NCBI GenBank assembly: GCA_043228905.1
Contig: JBHGNT010000013.1
Span: 20,150,001-20,214,000 of the forward strand
Direction of reading: 5' to 3'
DNA length: 64,000 nt
From: Azolla caroliniana
Taxonomy: Eukaryota; Plantae; Polypodiophyta
Each line of letters opens with the position of its first letter. Positions within the stretch are counted from its first letter, which is position 1. Below are positions 1 to 11,170 of this stretch, piece after piece. The notes below the pieces were generated by a model that was not told the origin of the DNA, did not search any database, and saw nothing but the letters and a program-made list of their open reading frames with translations. The position numbers were made by a program, and so were the translations under genes.

Positions 1-125
1 TTGATCGCCTTGCTAGGCTCGATCATCATAGGCGCCTTCCTCCACGATTGTGGATTCTCCATATCAGTTTCCTCTTGCCATTGTCGACGCTTATCAAGAC
101 GGCTACAAGCCTTCTTCACCGCCGC

Positions 126-710
126 CTAGTCTGCTACTAAACCATTTGGTTGTGTTTCATCCTCCAAAAAGTTACCCAATTCACACCGATCTTTCGCATC
201 CACTGCCTTCAGGAATAGTAGGGCTTTATCTCCATCGAGAACTCGTTGATCAACACTCGGAAGTCGGTTATACTTCTGGTCGAATTCGGCATATACTCTA
301 GACGCACACATATTCTTCCCTTTCTTCTCGATCCATGTCATTAGCATATGTCGAGTCATCCGTGATGCGTCTTCAAGCATGTATTTAGCAAGAAGCGCCT
401 TTTCAAACTCCGCCCAAGTTGCATGCTCATTTTGGATCTCCATGACGCGCTCGCTGATCCCTGGTTCCACCAGACGTTAGAAGCTAGAAATTTGTTTGAG
501 ATCATTGACATCCCTTTGTTGCATCTCGTTCCGATAGGTAGCAAGAAAATCCGTGATGTTCTTGCCACCAAATTGTCCAACTATCTCGACCGTACGATCA
601 ACAGCTTTGGCGATTAAAGCTTCTCGATCTCTCACCTTCAGCATATATTCCACTATGGACACCATGCCTTTCGTTAATTCCTCTTCTTGAGTTCCGCTTG
701 TGGAAGCCAT
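126..710 (-). pseudogene. gag-like ORF of element 1 with an in-frame stop
   Basis: ORFs 477-746 and 126-470 are in the same frame, split by one stop. ATG at 710 (MASTSGTQEE...). Shares motifs with gag 4637-5215 (VGQFGG/VGRFNG, FLATY/YLEAY, WAEFE/WEAFE, DKALLF/DKVLLF). Confidence 0.7.
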
Positions 711-741
711 CGTTGCACTTGCTATCCTCCCTACCGCCTCT

Positions 742-759
742 TTCACGTCGGGTTCACCA
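742..759 (-). promoter_or_regulatory. Primer binding site complementary to tRNA-Trp
   Basis: Plus strand TTCACGTCGGGTTCACCA matches the 3' 18 nt (including CCA) of plant cytosolic tRNA-Trp as I recall it; lies 8 nt from the LTR end. Confidence 0.85.
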
Positions 760-767
760 CTTAATTA

Positions 768-2134
768 TGTCGTGAAAATCCGTCACTATGTGCGGATCAT
801 GAGACGGAACCGTCGGGGTTCTGGACTAGAAGGATTTAGTGCAACACGTACAACACAAGCAATTTTTAAGCATAAGACAAGTGGGAGAGACAAATCATTC
901 GTTTATTCCAAAAGAAAATCGATTCTTTATAATTTCAGAATCGTGTTACAATGGGTTGGGTATGGAAATGAGGGATTAGTTTTTCAAAGAAAGGAGCCAA
1001 CAACAATGCAAGGAGTGGTCTGATATGAATACGAGAGATGATTGTTTTTTGACAAGAAAGATCGAGTCCCCAAACTTAGCTAGTTGGGTATGGAAATGAG
1101 AGATTAATTTTTCAAAGAAAGGAGCCAACAACCATGCAAGGAGTGGTCTGATATGAATACGAGAGAGATGATTGTTTTTTTACAAGAAAGAACGAGTCCC
1201 CAAAGCTAGGAGTTTGATATCAATATGTGAGATAAATTGTTTCTCGAAAACCTAGAGGGAAGAAGAAGGAAGAGGGGGGGGGGGGGGGGGGGGGGGGAAC
1301 TAGGAGGAAAAAAATGGGACATATATCGAGCTCCTCGTTGATCCTCCTCCTCAATATTACTTTGCATGCCCACTTTTAGTTGGATGGCCTCTATTTTTAG
1401 TTGCAAGCTTCCATTTTTAGATGCATGCCTTTTACTTTTAGTTGCATGGCCTTGGCTTTTGGTTGCATGCGATTGTCCGTATAATTCGGCCAAATGACAC
1501 AATCATCCATAAAGTTTAGCCCGTGCGCAATCTATACGTGCGTCGCAACCAAACCGTAGACGCGTCCACATGCAAAAGTCCCGACCACGTAGTAGTGTAC
1601 GCATCCACACATGCGTGCATCCCGACCGCGCCGTAGTGTACGCATCCACGCGCCCGCGCACACACACACGCGTCTGCGCGCTCGTCCGCACATACACCCG
1701 AAACTTGCACACACGCGTACATCCGAAGACATCCATGCGCGTGTATGTCTGAAAATGTCCACGCAGCCATGCACACACGCATACGCCCAAAGCGTGCACA
1801 CCACATAGTGTAGCCCAAGTCACCTTGAACATTCTATGCTCCACACATTGATAGAATGAATATGTTTTGGTTTCCCTTATATATTCCGGGTTCCAATGTT
1901 GTCCTATCTATGTGGGATATCTCACAATTTTGTCTTTTCTTTTCTCTTCTTTAAACTTTACACTCACATAACTTGATACTTGTTTATCCGTTTTATGTGT
2001 TTTATGTGTTTTATGCGTAGTAAAATACGCTATGAAGCTCTTGAACACATCTATCTTTCCATATCCATATATTAAGCTAATCGTAAATAATTATTTTACT
2101 AGTTTTTATATCGTGTGTGAAAAACCACACGACA
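768..2134 (-). repeat. LTR of element 1 with internal ~128-bp tandem duplication (955-1210), poly-G (~1272-1297) and an alternating CA/CG-rich tract (1520-1810)
   Basis: TG...CA termini with 7-bp inverted ends; both ends resemble the solo LTR at 10382-11170. Confidence 0.7.
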
Positions 2135-5100
2135 CCGCGTGTGTTCCATCTCTGACTCGATCATCTCTTCGTCCCAAACACCTCGTCGTGCGGACTCCCT
2201 CTATTCCATGCTTGCCTTTCGTAGGCGTTGCCCATGTGTCGTCATCGTTCCCCGAATGCGCGTTCGTTCTTCGGTCCTTGGGTGACCCCAATATGCGCTC
2301 CTTGTTCCTTCTATGGTCGTCGTGCCATGTGGCGTCCTCCGTCTTCCTTGTTCGGCACCGGCTGTAACAAACACCATCCCATACCCGTGCTTGCTTCAGC
2401 CCTCGATGGCCACTTGCACACCTCTTGTTCCGCTCCGAGCTTACCCCTCACCGGCTTCCTTCCGAAACCGTAACCGACCGATAAGGGTTCGGCCCTCGTC
2501 AACTCCGGCCTTGCCGGCCCCCAGCCTGCTCTTCTTGCATCGTTGGCTCTCGTTTCCTGCCGCCACCATCCTTCTCACTCGGTCTCACGTTGCCATGTCG
2601 GCTTGAACTACTAGTGTCTCTGGATTGGTGTGAGGATCCCAAAGAAACACCTTTCTTTCCTCCTTTCGACCTTGTCGGAAGGTCCGGTTTTGGTTTTGTG
2701 GCCGCCTTGCCGGCCCGATACCTCCTTGCTGCTCTACCCCCGTCATCCGATCACATTCACCTGCCGCTACCGTCCTTTCCTATAGGACTCACACCTACAC
2801 TCGGGCCGACCGCCGGATCGGTGTGAGGACCTTCGTGGGACCTCCCCCTTTGTCGTCTCCCACATCACCGATTCCCGTTTCCTGTCGGCACCATCCTTCT
2901 CACTCGGTCTCACGTTGCCACATCGGTTTGAACTGGCGGTGTCTCCAGATTGGTGTGAGGATCCCATAGGAACGGTCTTTCACTGCCCTTTGCCCTCGTC
3001 CCCTCGCCGCCACTATCAGTCCCTCTTGGTCTTACGGCGGCTACGCTGCCGACTGCCGAAGTCTCTAGGTCCAGTGTGAAGGATCCTCCTTGGGCTCGTC
3101 GTATCTCGAACCCTTATCCTGGGTCGCCTTTCTCCGCAAGCCAAGAGGGTGGCTCGCTCTACACCCTCTCCCGTGGTACCGATGTACCGTGTCCCCGACC
3201 TCTTCGTAGGCCTGCTCTCTCCTCTCTTCTGGATTAGTTATCTGGAAGTCCGCTCCACTCGGTTCTCGTCTGGGTCCGTTCGTCATTCTTTGGATTGTCG
3301 GGTCCCGTTCTCCTGCCGCCACAGTCAATATCTTGGTCTTACGTCAGATCCGATGCCGACCGCCGAAGTCTCTAGCCCGGTGTGAGGTGACCCATAGGAC
3401 CGGTCTTCGTTCTCCGCTTCGTCCCTTGTACTTCTCTCGGACTCGTCATCGCTCTCCTTGTTGTGCCCCCGCCTCTACCTTCCATCTCTTTCGGTCTCAC
3501 ATTGCCACGCCGATCGACTGCCGAAGCCTCCAAACAAGATGTGGGGACACCGATTCGTAATGATTCCAGACGACTCATCCAGGGCCACCGACCCTTTTAG
3601 TGGTGCCGGTGGATCGCATCCACTCTATGATCAATCAAGCCCGCCTCGGCTTGATTCTCCAATGTCTGGAGTTTCGGCTCTGATGTCGATCCTATTGGAC
3701 GCATTCCGAACCCTTGATCACGTCCTTCTGATTCCCGACCTTCGCCCGGTCGGTCTTTCTCCCCATGTAAAAGAGGACGGCTTGTCCCGCACCCTCTTCC
3801 ATATCGGCACTTTCATGCCGATTTTGGCCTTAGTCGAACAATCCACAACTGGATCGTGCTCCAACTTAATCGAAGTGCCGCGCGGTTCAGTCCCCAGTCG
3901 GGTTGTTTCCTGGTTCTTTCTTCGACCTTCTCGCGGGCCATTTCCCATCCATCTTTGTTGGCATCGTGCCAGGACTCCTCGATACCGTCATCCATCTCCT
4001 CGGTCTCACGTGGGCATAAGGGCCCGAATGCCGAGTTCTCCGGAATCGGTTCCGAGGGCTCTTGTCTATTCCTTCCCCGAATCATCTCGCCGGCAATTCT
4101 TGGTCTCACGCTACCGCCTTCCTCCTCTTGGGACTCACGTGGGCACTCAGGCCCGACTGCCATCATCTCGAGAGCAAGTGTGGGAAGACGCGTAGAATCG
4201 CCCATCCGTTTTACACCCTTATCCATAGCCACCGGCTCCTTGTGGTTAGTGGTCGTCTCCTTACCGATCGCGCAAGCCTTGCCTGGGCTTGCTTCTCCAA
4301 TATCCGAAGTTTCGGGCTGACGTGCCCAAAACCGCCAGTCCCAACGTTCCGATTCTACGATTGGTATCTCGGCCTCGTCCTCGGTCGTTCTATCTCCGCA
4401 AGTCGAGAGGGCGTCTTGCTCCACACCCTCTCTCGTGGTATCGTCATACCGATCTCCTGACATCTCGTGGGGCAGGTCCGTCTCCTCGACGTCGGCTTGC
4501 GGCCTCGATCTTTCCTCTTCCTCAATCCTGGCCCCGAAGCCGAGCCTTGCCAACTCTCTTTGCCATTCGACCTCTTCCTATTGTGATGGCGCGCAGTCGT
4601 GAGCCTTCCTCCTAGCCTTCTCGGCCCGCTCGTCATCTAGTCGTTGGCATACCTTTCCGACCTTTGACCAGTTCTCCGTAAGGCCATTCGCTTCGAGCTC
4701 AATCTGATGGCCTCGCATTCCGCTCGGTCGATTGACCTAATGAACAACAGGACTTTGTCCACCCCCACCAAAACTTGCTCCCTCTCCGGTGGGTCTTCGC
4801 CGAACTCTCGGAACGCCTTCGTTGCGCCCCGGTGGGTCTTCGCCGATGCCACCCACTGGTCAAAGTCGTGTCTTCCCCTGCTCTTCCGCCGTCCTCCATA
4901 TGCTTGCAAGAGCACCTCTTCGAAGGCCTCCCACGAACTATGAGCTTCTCGGAGCTCCTTCACTTCCATGTGCATGCGAACGGTGACGACCCGACAAAAG
5001 AACCCCAGCTTCAACGCCTCGTCTACATTTCGCTCCTCCATTTCCGCGTTGTAGGCTTCCAAGTAGAATGGGACTTTGTCCCCGTTGAAACGGCCGACTC

Positions 5101-5960
5101 TTTCGACCACTCGCTCAACAGCTTGCTCCGTCGTCTCCCTTCTTGTTGTTGCTCGTCCAAACTCCCTCACCACTTCGATAAAAAGTTGCGTGAAGTCATC
5201 TTCTTCCAACTCCATTCTCCCTTGCCGCCCTTCACATTGGGTTCACCAAATATGTCATGTTACTACGCGCGTGCATGTGAAATAAGGCGGGACCACGGGG
5301 GTCTCGGACGAGGGAGAAGGGATGCCGAGAAACCGACTCCGGACACGTCCCGGAGGCAACCGAACACGAGAGAAGAGAGAAGAGAAAGAGAAAACATGCG
5401 CGCGACACCGACTCTAATGCACAGGAGACAAGGGGCTAAGCTCCCGACACCGCCAATTACACTAATATGCACAAACAAATGTGAGTATATATATTACAAG
5501 GGAAAAGATACAACCCCGACTTCGAGCAGGACCGAGATAGGTAAGGTTACAACAGCCGTCTACTACCAAGCCGCCGAACGGGGAGCTCTCGGGCTCGTTG
5601 CGCCGAGCGAGGTCTTGCACAGGAGACCGAGCGGAAGCAAACCCTAAACAGACACGAACTCTCCACCCACACAACAACGAAGAAGAAGAACTAAATGAAA
5701 CCCTAAAGAAAGTAAGAAGAAGAGAAACTACCAAACCCTAGATCTAATGGTATACCCTCCTAACTCAAAATGGGCAACCCCTCAATAAGGGACCCCTCCC
5801 TCCTTTTATAGACCAAGGAGGGGAGGGCGTTACAATGTGGGACAAATACTCCTCCTTTATTCTATACATTGTTTCCTACTATACATGTGCACATGTTGCA
5901 GGCCACCGACTTGCCCTATTCCACCCCGGTTTCACACTATAGTCGGAAATCTTCACAACA
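2135..5960 (-). mobile_element. Ty3/Gypsy-like element 2 (5' LTR 5253-5960, tRNA-Trp PBS 5231-5248, gag, repetitive GC-rich internal region)
   Basis: PBS TTCACATTGGGTTCACCA (2 mismatches to the tRNA-Trp end), LTR TGTCATG...CACAACA, and gag homologous to element 1. Confidence 0.7.
4637..5215 (-). pseudogene. gag-like ORF of element 2
   Basis: 192-aa ORF starting just after the PBS, similar to element 1 gag. Confidence 0.7.
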
Positions 5961-6600
5961 ATGTCCAATAGTTAGGCCTTGAGTATATAAGCCCTAACCT
6001 AAGGTTGTAATATGTGTTGCTTGATCATTCTTGTATCTTGAGTCTCAGAGAGAGAGAGAGAGAGAGAGAGAAAACAGAAATAACAAAGCTTCCATTAAAG
6101 CTTAAGAGCGTTGTCATGAGGAATTCCGGCTACTAAGAGAATTGGATCCAGAAGCGCCTGAATGGGGATGTGCTTCGATGCACTCGGAATATGTCTCTAT
6201 GTATAAACGAGTGTAAATAGTATAGTGTTAGTTGAGTGTTGGTGATTACTAGGTAGGTGTGATTGATAGATACTTTATGGTCCCACGAGGAGAGGAACAA
6301 CGGTGATTGAGGGAAGGAGATCGATGAGAGAATCGAGGAGAGAATCGAGGAGAGAATCGAGGAGGAAAGAAAACGGTTGTCTTTATGGGTGATGTAACAG
6401 CCTTCCCCTTTGTCTATAAAAGGGGAGGTTCGAGACTATGTTAAGTATCCAAGATTTGGAGGAAAAAGTGTTGTCGTTTTGAGTGTCGAGCTCTCTCTCT
6501 CCCCCCTCTCGGTGTGTCATGTGTTGTATTGATTCGTGGAATAAGTTGAAGCCTCTGCTTGCGCTGGAAACCATGTGCTCCCAACTAGAGGTTCATCGTT

Positions 6601-6654
<54 letters not shown>

Positions 6655-7111
6655 CTCAAAGCTTTGTCGTCGGTTGAGTCCGGTTGTAATCTCTTCTTCT
6701 CTGATAATCGTTAGTACTTTGCCAAGTCTTTCCTTGTGTACGGGCATTACCGTGTTGTTCCTTCTTGTTTCTATTGTGTGTGTTCGTGTCTGTGTGCCCG
6801 TGGGCTTTTTGTTGTTGTCGGGCATTCTGGTCGGATTAGTTCACTCCTTCAGTCCCGTGCATTTACCGGCGGGTATCCGAGAATCGTTCCGGATCTGGTG
6901 AAGCCATCTGGACTCCGACCCAGTCCTTACTCCTCCCATCGGCTCCTTGGTCCGAGACCCCAATGGTCCCACCCCGTTTCAACACATCCCCGCGGAATAC
7001 CACCACAGCGTTTTCATCTTCTTGTCTTCGTTCTTTCTGTGTTGTTTGCTAAGTACTTCTTGACAAGTCCTCACATGTACTTCCGCACATATTCGAACAC
7101 CATAATCGACA
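5961..7111 (+). mobile_element. 3' part of an older LTR that served as target for element 2 and the solo LTR 6112-7007
   Basis: TATATAA at ~5984, an (AG)n tract and a U5-like end ...ATCGACA at 7111. Confidence 0.45.
6112..7007 (+). mobile_element. Solo LTR related to the element 2 family, with 4-bp TSD GCGT
   Basis: TGTCATGAGGAATTCCGG...CACCACA flanked by GCGT at 6108-6111 and 7008-7011. Ends resemble the reverse complement of LTR 5253-5960. TATA at ~6415 and (GT)n at 6603-6652. Confidence 0.8.
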
Positions 7112-7621
7112 CATCACAACTTCCAAATTACCCACATCAGAATAGATGAAATTGTCTTCCAAATAATATCATCCCTAAATTGTAAATTATCACTTATAAA
7201 ATGTTGAACCATTTGTATATGAGGAGGAACTATGTGAAAGGCTTCCACTATATCTTCCTTTTCATATAACAATAGTTGTCCCTCTAGAATGCCCCACCTA
7301 ACCGCACCCCAAGTAATCACACAATTAGCATGTATCAATATCAACAGCCTTAATACTCTCTACCAAACTTGCATAATTTTAGGACAAGACCACAATACAT
7401 GCTTAATTGATTCCATCATACATCCAAAACCAAATCCACACGACTCACTATGTAGTTGTCATAACCAAGCCCGAACCCGTAGTGCATAATGGATCAATAA
7501 CCAGCATACTCCATAACCACTTCCAATATTTAGATACATCCATTAAAGAGGCCCCCATTCACCAACCACACTTTCATAGCGGATGGTGGATGCAAATTCC
7601 TACTTAAGAGCAACTTTCATT
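7112..7621 (-). mobile_element. Degenerate LINE ORF2 C-terminal remnant (left part, split by the chromovirus)
   Basis: Decayed Trp/Cys-rich coding resembling the zf-RVT remnant at 59700; appears continuous with 25187 onward across the TSD. Confidence 0.45.
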
Positions 7622-7917
7622 TGTCATGATATGGCAAGACTCAAACCCATGACCTTATGTTACATGGGTCGAGCTCTTGACCATTACACTATCTATTGTA
7701 ATATGTAAAATATTATTTTTATTTAAGTTTTACTATAGAAAATTGATGTATATTCCAAATTTCTCTTGAACATTCTAGAAGCTTCAAGACTACTCCTAAG
7801 AACACTATAAAAGGAGGCTCAAGGCATTATTTCAAACCAAATCGATTCAACGCCAGTCTTAAGCCTCCTAGCCTTCCTTGTATATTCTTCTCACATAATA
7901 TATCGTTGTCATCATCA

Positions 7918-7968
<51 letters not shown>

Positions 7969-8062
7969 CTTCTCTCGAGTGTTCTACACCCTCTATTCCT
8001 CTTAGTACTAATATTCCTCTCTTAGTACTAATTTCTTCTCTGTCTCAGTACTATTCCTGACA
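7622..8062 (+). repeat. 5' LTR of the chromovirus
   Basis: TGTCA...TGACA termini, TATAAAA at 7806, a (CT)n tract; about 20 substitutions versus the 3' LTR, counted by eye. Confidence 0.93.
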
Positions 8063-8064
8063 GT

Positions 8065-8076
8065 TTGAACCGATTT
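8065..8076 (+). promoter_or_regulatory. Self-priming PBS (Tf1-type)
   Basis: TTGAACCGATTT is the exact reverse complement of AAATCGGTTCAA in the 3' LTR (24944-24955) and has 1 mismatch to the 5' LTR copy (7839-7850); no TGG tRNA-type PBS is present. Confidence 0.8.
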
Positions 8077-10381
8077 TCCTCCTTCCGTCTCCTCCTTTCC
8101 TCCTCTACCTTTTATCTTCTTACATATCCCTTTTTTCCGGTCTTCTCTCTAGTTTCCCTCATCTTCTTACCCCTTTTTTCCCTTCATACTAATCCTCTTA
8201 TCCTCCCTAGTAAAATAGAAACTGTTAACGCTCAGGAATACCAATCTGTTTTCTCGGAGGTCCAGTGCTTAAGAGAGAAATTTGTAGCACTAGAACAAGA
8301 AAATCACCGTTTGTTGGGGGATCTTTAACAAATAGCACTGGAAAAACAACAACACAGGGAGCTGACGTTACATGTACAACAACTTGAAGCGACTATTGTA
8401 TCACTACAACAACAAGGATCAAGCACTCAAGGGATTCACAAAGAACCCAACATCGTTCTTCCTGCAAAATGTGATGGGACCCGATCACAGTTTAAAGGTT
8501 TTCTAAATCAGGTACGTTTAGTGATTCAAATGCATCCTTCTCGATATCCTACCGATGCATCACGAGTGGGACTAGTAGGCACTACTTAGTGGCTCAGCAT
8601 TGGCATGGTTCGCTCCGTTGTTAGAAAAGGAATCTCCATTACTAAACAATTTTGAAGAATTTATAAGTGAGTTTAAAGCCTGTTTTGGAGATACTGACCA
8701 CATAAGGACAACAATCAACAAAATCCGACGATTACGCCAAGGTGATCGTCCAGCCTCGGCATAAGCTGCAAATTTCCGCATGCTCGCCGCCGATATCCCT
8801 TGGGATGATCAAGCATTGATGGAGCAATTTCGTTATGGTTTACGCAACGATGTTAAGGATTTACTCTTAACCTTCCCCGAAGAACCAAAGTCATTAACAA
8901 AAGCAATCAGTCGCGCGGTGAGATGCGACAATCGCCTTTTCAAACAACGTTCAGAACGGCAATTCCAGATGCCGAGGGCAAGATATGAGCCCACCTACGC
9001 CTCAGTGGTAGTGAAACCTTTTCCGAGGGAGTCATATAATGCGTCTCCAGTGAATACTCCAATCCGACTCCGATGGAGATTGACACTACACGTCGTCGCG
9101 GACCATTATCGGAAGAAGAAAAGCAGCGACGTCGAGCAAATCGACTATGTCTTTATTGCGGTGGACCAGGGAATATTGCAGTAAATTGTCCCCATAGGCC
9201 AAGAAGACAGGTAAACCAAATAGTTGCTAGTTCTAATTGTACTAAAACCGAATCTATTTTAGTAGGAATATCTGATAGTCCTAATAGTACTAATAGCACA
9301 AATGTAGTGAACAAATTTGATGTCCTTAGTCAATTAGAAGAAGAGTTAAACGACTAAGTCCATCCAAAATAGGGGTCATTTGGTTGGACAGCCCTAGATC
9401 TGTGCAGCCCATTAGTGGTTCCATTCCCTCTAAGCAAGTTAGTGATGTGTTCATAGCCCAAGTAACAATTAGTACTAAAAATACCCTTCCAATACATGTC
9501 TTAGCACTTCAAGATTCCGAAGCTAATTCTTGCTTCATGGATAGGAATTTTTCCCAAGCTCATCAGATATCTCTCAGAAAACTCCCATGTCTAGCCTCTA
9601 TAGTAATCATTGATGGTCGTCCCATTGCTTCCGGAAATATCATAGAAGAGTCAGAGCCCGTTAATATTGTCCTAGATAATCAAGTGTGTGTAGTATCATT
9701 TAATATAATTAGTATCCCAGAACATCCCATTCTTTTAGGATTACCATGGTTCGAATTACATAACCCGGACATAGATTGGAGAACAAGAGAAATCCGGCAT
9801 TGACAAGCCCGAGGATCTACTCATAAGATTGCAACCATTTCGCTATTAGTTGCGAGAAGAAGGACGCAAGGAAGAAATGTTTCTCTTCACAATATCCGTA
9901 AAACCCTCCGACACCACTAAAGAGGAGTCCATCGTTCAACTTCCAAAGAAGTATCATCATTATGCTGATGTGTTTTATAAAGTACAAGCCAATACGCTTC
10001 CTCACCATCAACCGTATGATTGCCCCATCGATTTACAACCGGGAAAAGAGCCACCATGGGGACCAATCTACAATTTGTCACCAACCGAGCTAGAAGTCCT
10101 TTGAGCCTATATAGAGGAGAATTTGGAAAATGGTTTCATTCGGCATTCAAAATCTCCAGCCGGTGCACCCATTTTCTTTGTCAAGAAAAAGGATGGATCA
10201 CTTCGTCTCGTTGTAGATTACCATGACTTGAATAAGGTCACCATCAGAAATAGGTATGCACTTCCCCTTATCTCAAGTCTTTTAGAACGGATCAATGGTG
10301 CAAGGTTCTTCACGAAGATCGACTTACAGGGAGCATATAACCTCGTACAGATCCGACCAGGAGATGAATGGAAGACCGCAT

Positions 10382-11170
10382 TGTCGTGCCTTTCGGCGCC
10401 AGATCGTTTGCGTGAGTTGGGTGGGAACCGTTGGGGTTTTTTTACTAGGAGAAAGAAGAATATGAGATAATGTTTGATAGGAAGAGATTGCAAGAAGAAG
10501 ATATGAAACTCGTGAATCCCATGAGTATAGTGTATTAATTGATACTTAGATTGTAAGAGAGAAATAGATGGCAAAATCGTGAATCCCCACGATTATTTTA
10601 TATTATTCAAACCTTATGAAAATCGACAACCCCTATACATCTTTCTCTCTTCCTTATATAGTGTTGGAAGAGTCTAAGTTTATCACATGCAAGCATCATG
10701 CTTTCCCTAACTTTAGTTTTCATGCACACTACATGTGCATGATTAGCTTTCTATCCCATCTTTTCTTTTAACTCGAGTGTGTATGCATGAATAACTTTTT
10801 GTACCATTCATATCTAGAATATTTACATGGGATAAAGTTTAGTATAACTTTACATTTCATAATATGCTAGTATAGTGGTAAGGCTTAAAAATCGTTAACA
10901 TGGAGGTACAGGGTTCGAATCCTGCCCTATGCATGGAACAATCTTTTCTTCTATTTACAAATTTGTGTCTTCATCCGGTGAGAGACTCTCACCGGCCTTC
11001 TTTATCCGGCTCTTGCCGGTTCTGCTTGATCCGGTTCTTACCGGGTCTCCTTACCGATTCCTCCTTGCCGATTCTATCCTTCATCCGGTTCTCACCGGTT
11101 CCTCCTTGCCAGTTTCATCCGGTGGAAAAAAAAAGCAATTTTCACATAGTGTGTGAATTACACTACAACA
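10382..11170 (-). mobile_element. Solo LTR of the element 1 family inserted in the chromovirus RT, with 4-bp TSD GCAT/GCGT
   Basis: TGTCGTG...TACAACA; removing it plus 4 bp restores GDEWKTAFRTRY; both ends resemble LTR 768-2134. Confidence 0.85.

Larger units (their letters stand above)
1..2134 (-). mobile_element. Ty3/Gypsy-like LTR retrotransposon 1 (5' LTR, tRNA-Trp PBS, gag; continues off the left edge)
   Basis: LTR 768-2134 bounded by TGTCGTG...CACGACA, PBS at 742-759 and a gag-like ORF immediately downstream on the minus strand. Inserted into element 2. Confidence 0.75.

Noticed and set aside
742-759. tRNA-Trp gene fragment
   Set aside because: Only the 3' 18 nt including CCA, adjacent to an LTR: it is a PBS.
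1503-1844. Several overlapping Cys/Val/Arg-rich ORFs
   Set aside because: Artefacts of a CA/CG low-complexity tract inside an LTR.
3458-5647. Long plus-strand ORFs (245 and 290 aa)
   Set aside because: Antisense shadows of GC-rich retroelement sequence with no recognisable domain.
6427-6436. B-box-like GGTTCGAGAC in the solo LTR
   Set aside because: No convincing A-box at tRNA spacing.
10861-10935. Functional tRNA gene
   Set aside because: Acceptor and anticodon stems do not pair; treated as a tRNA-derived module.
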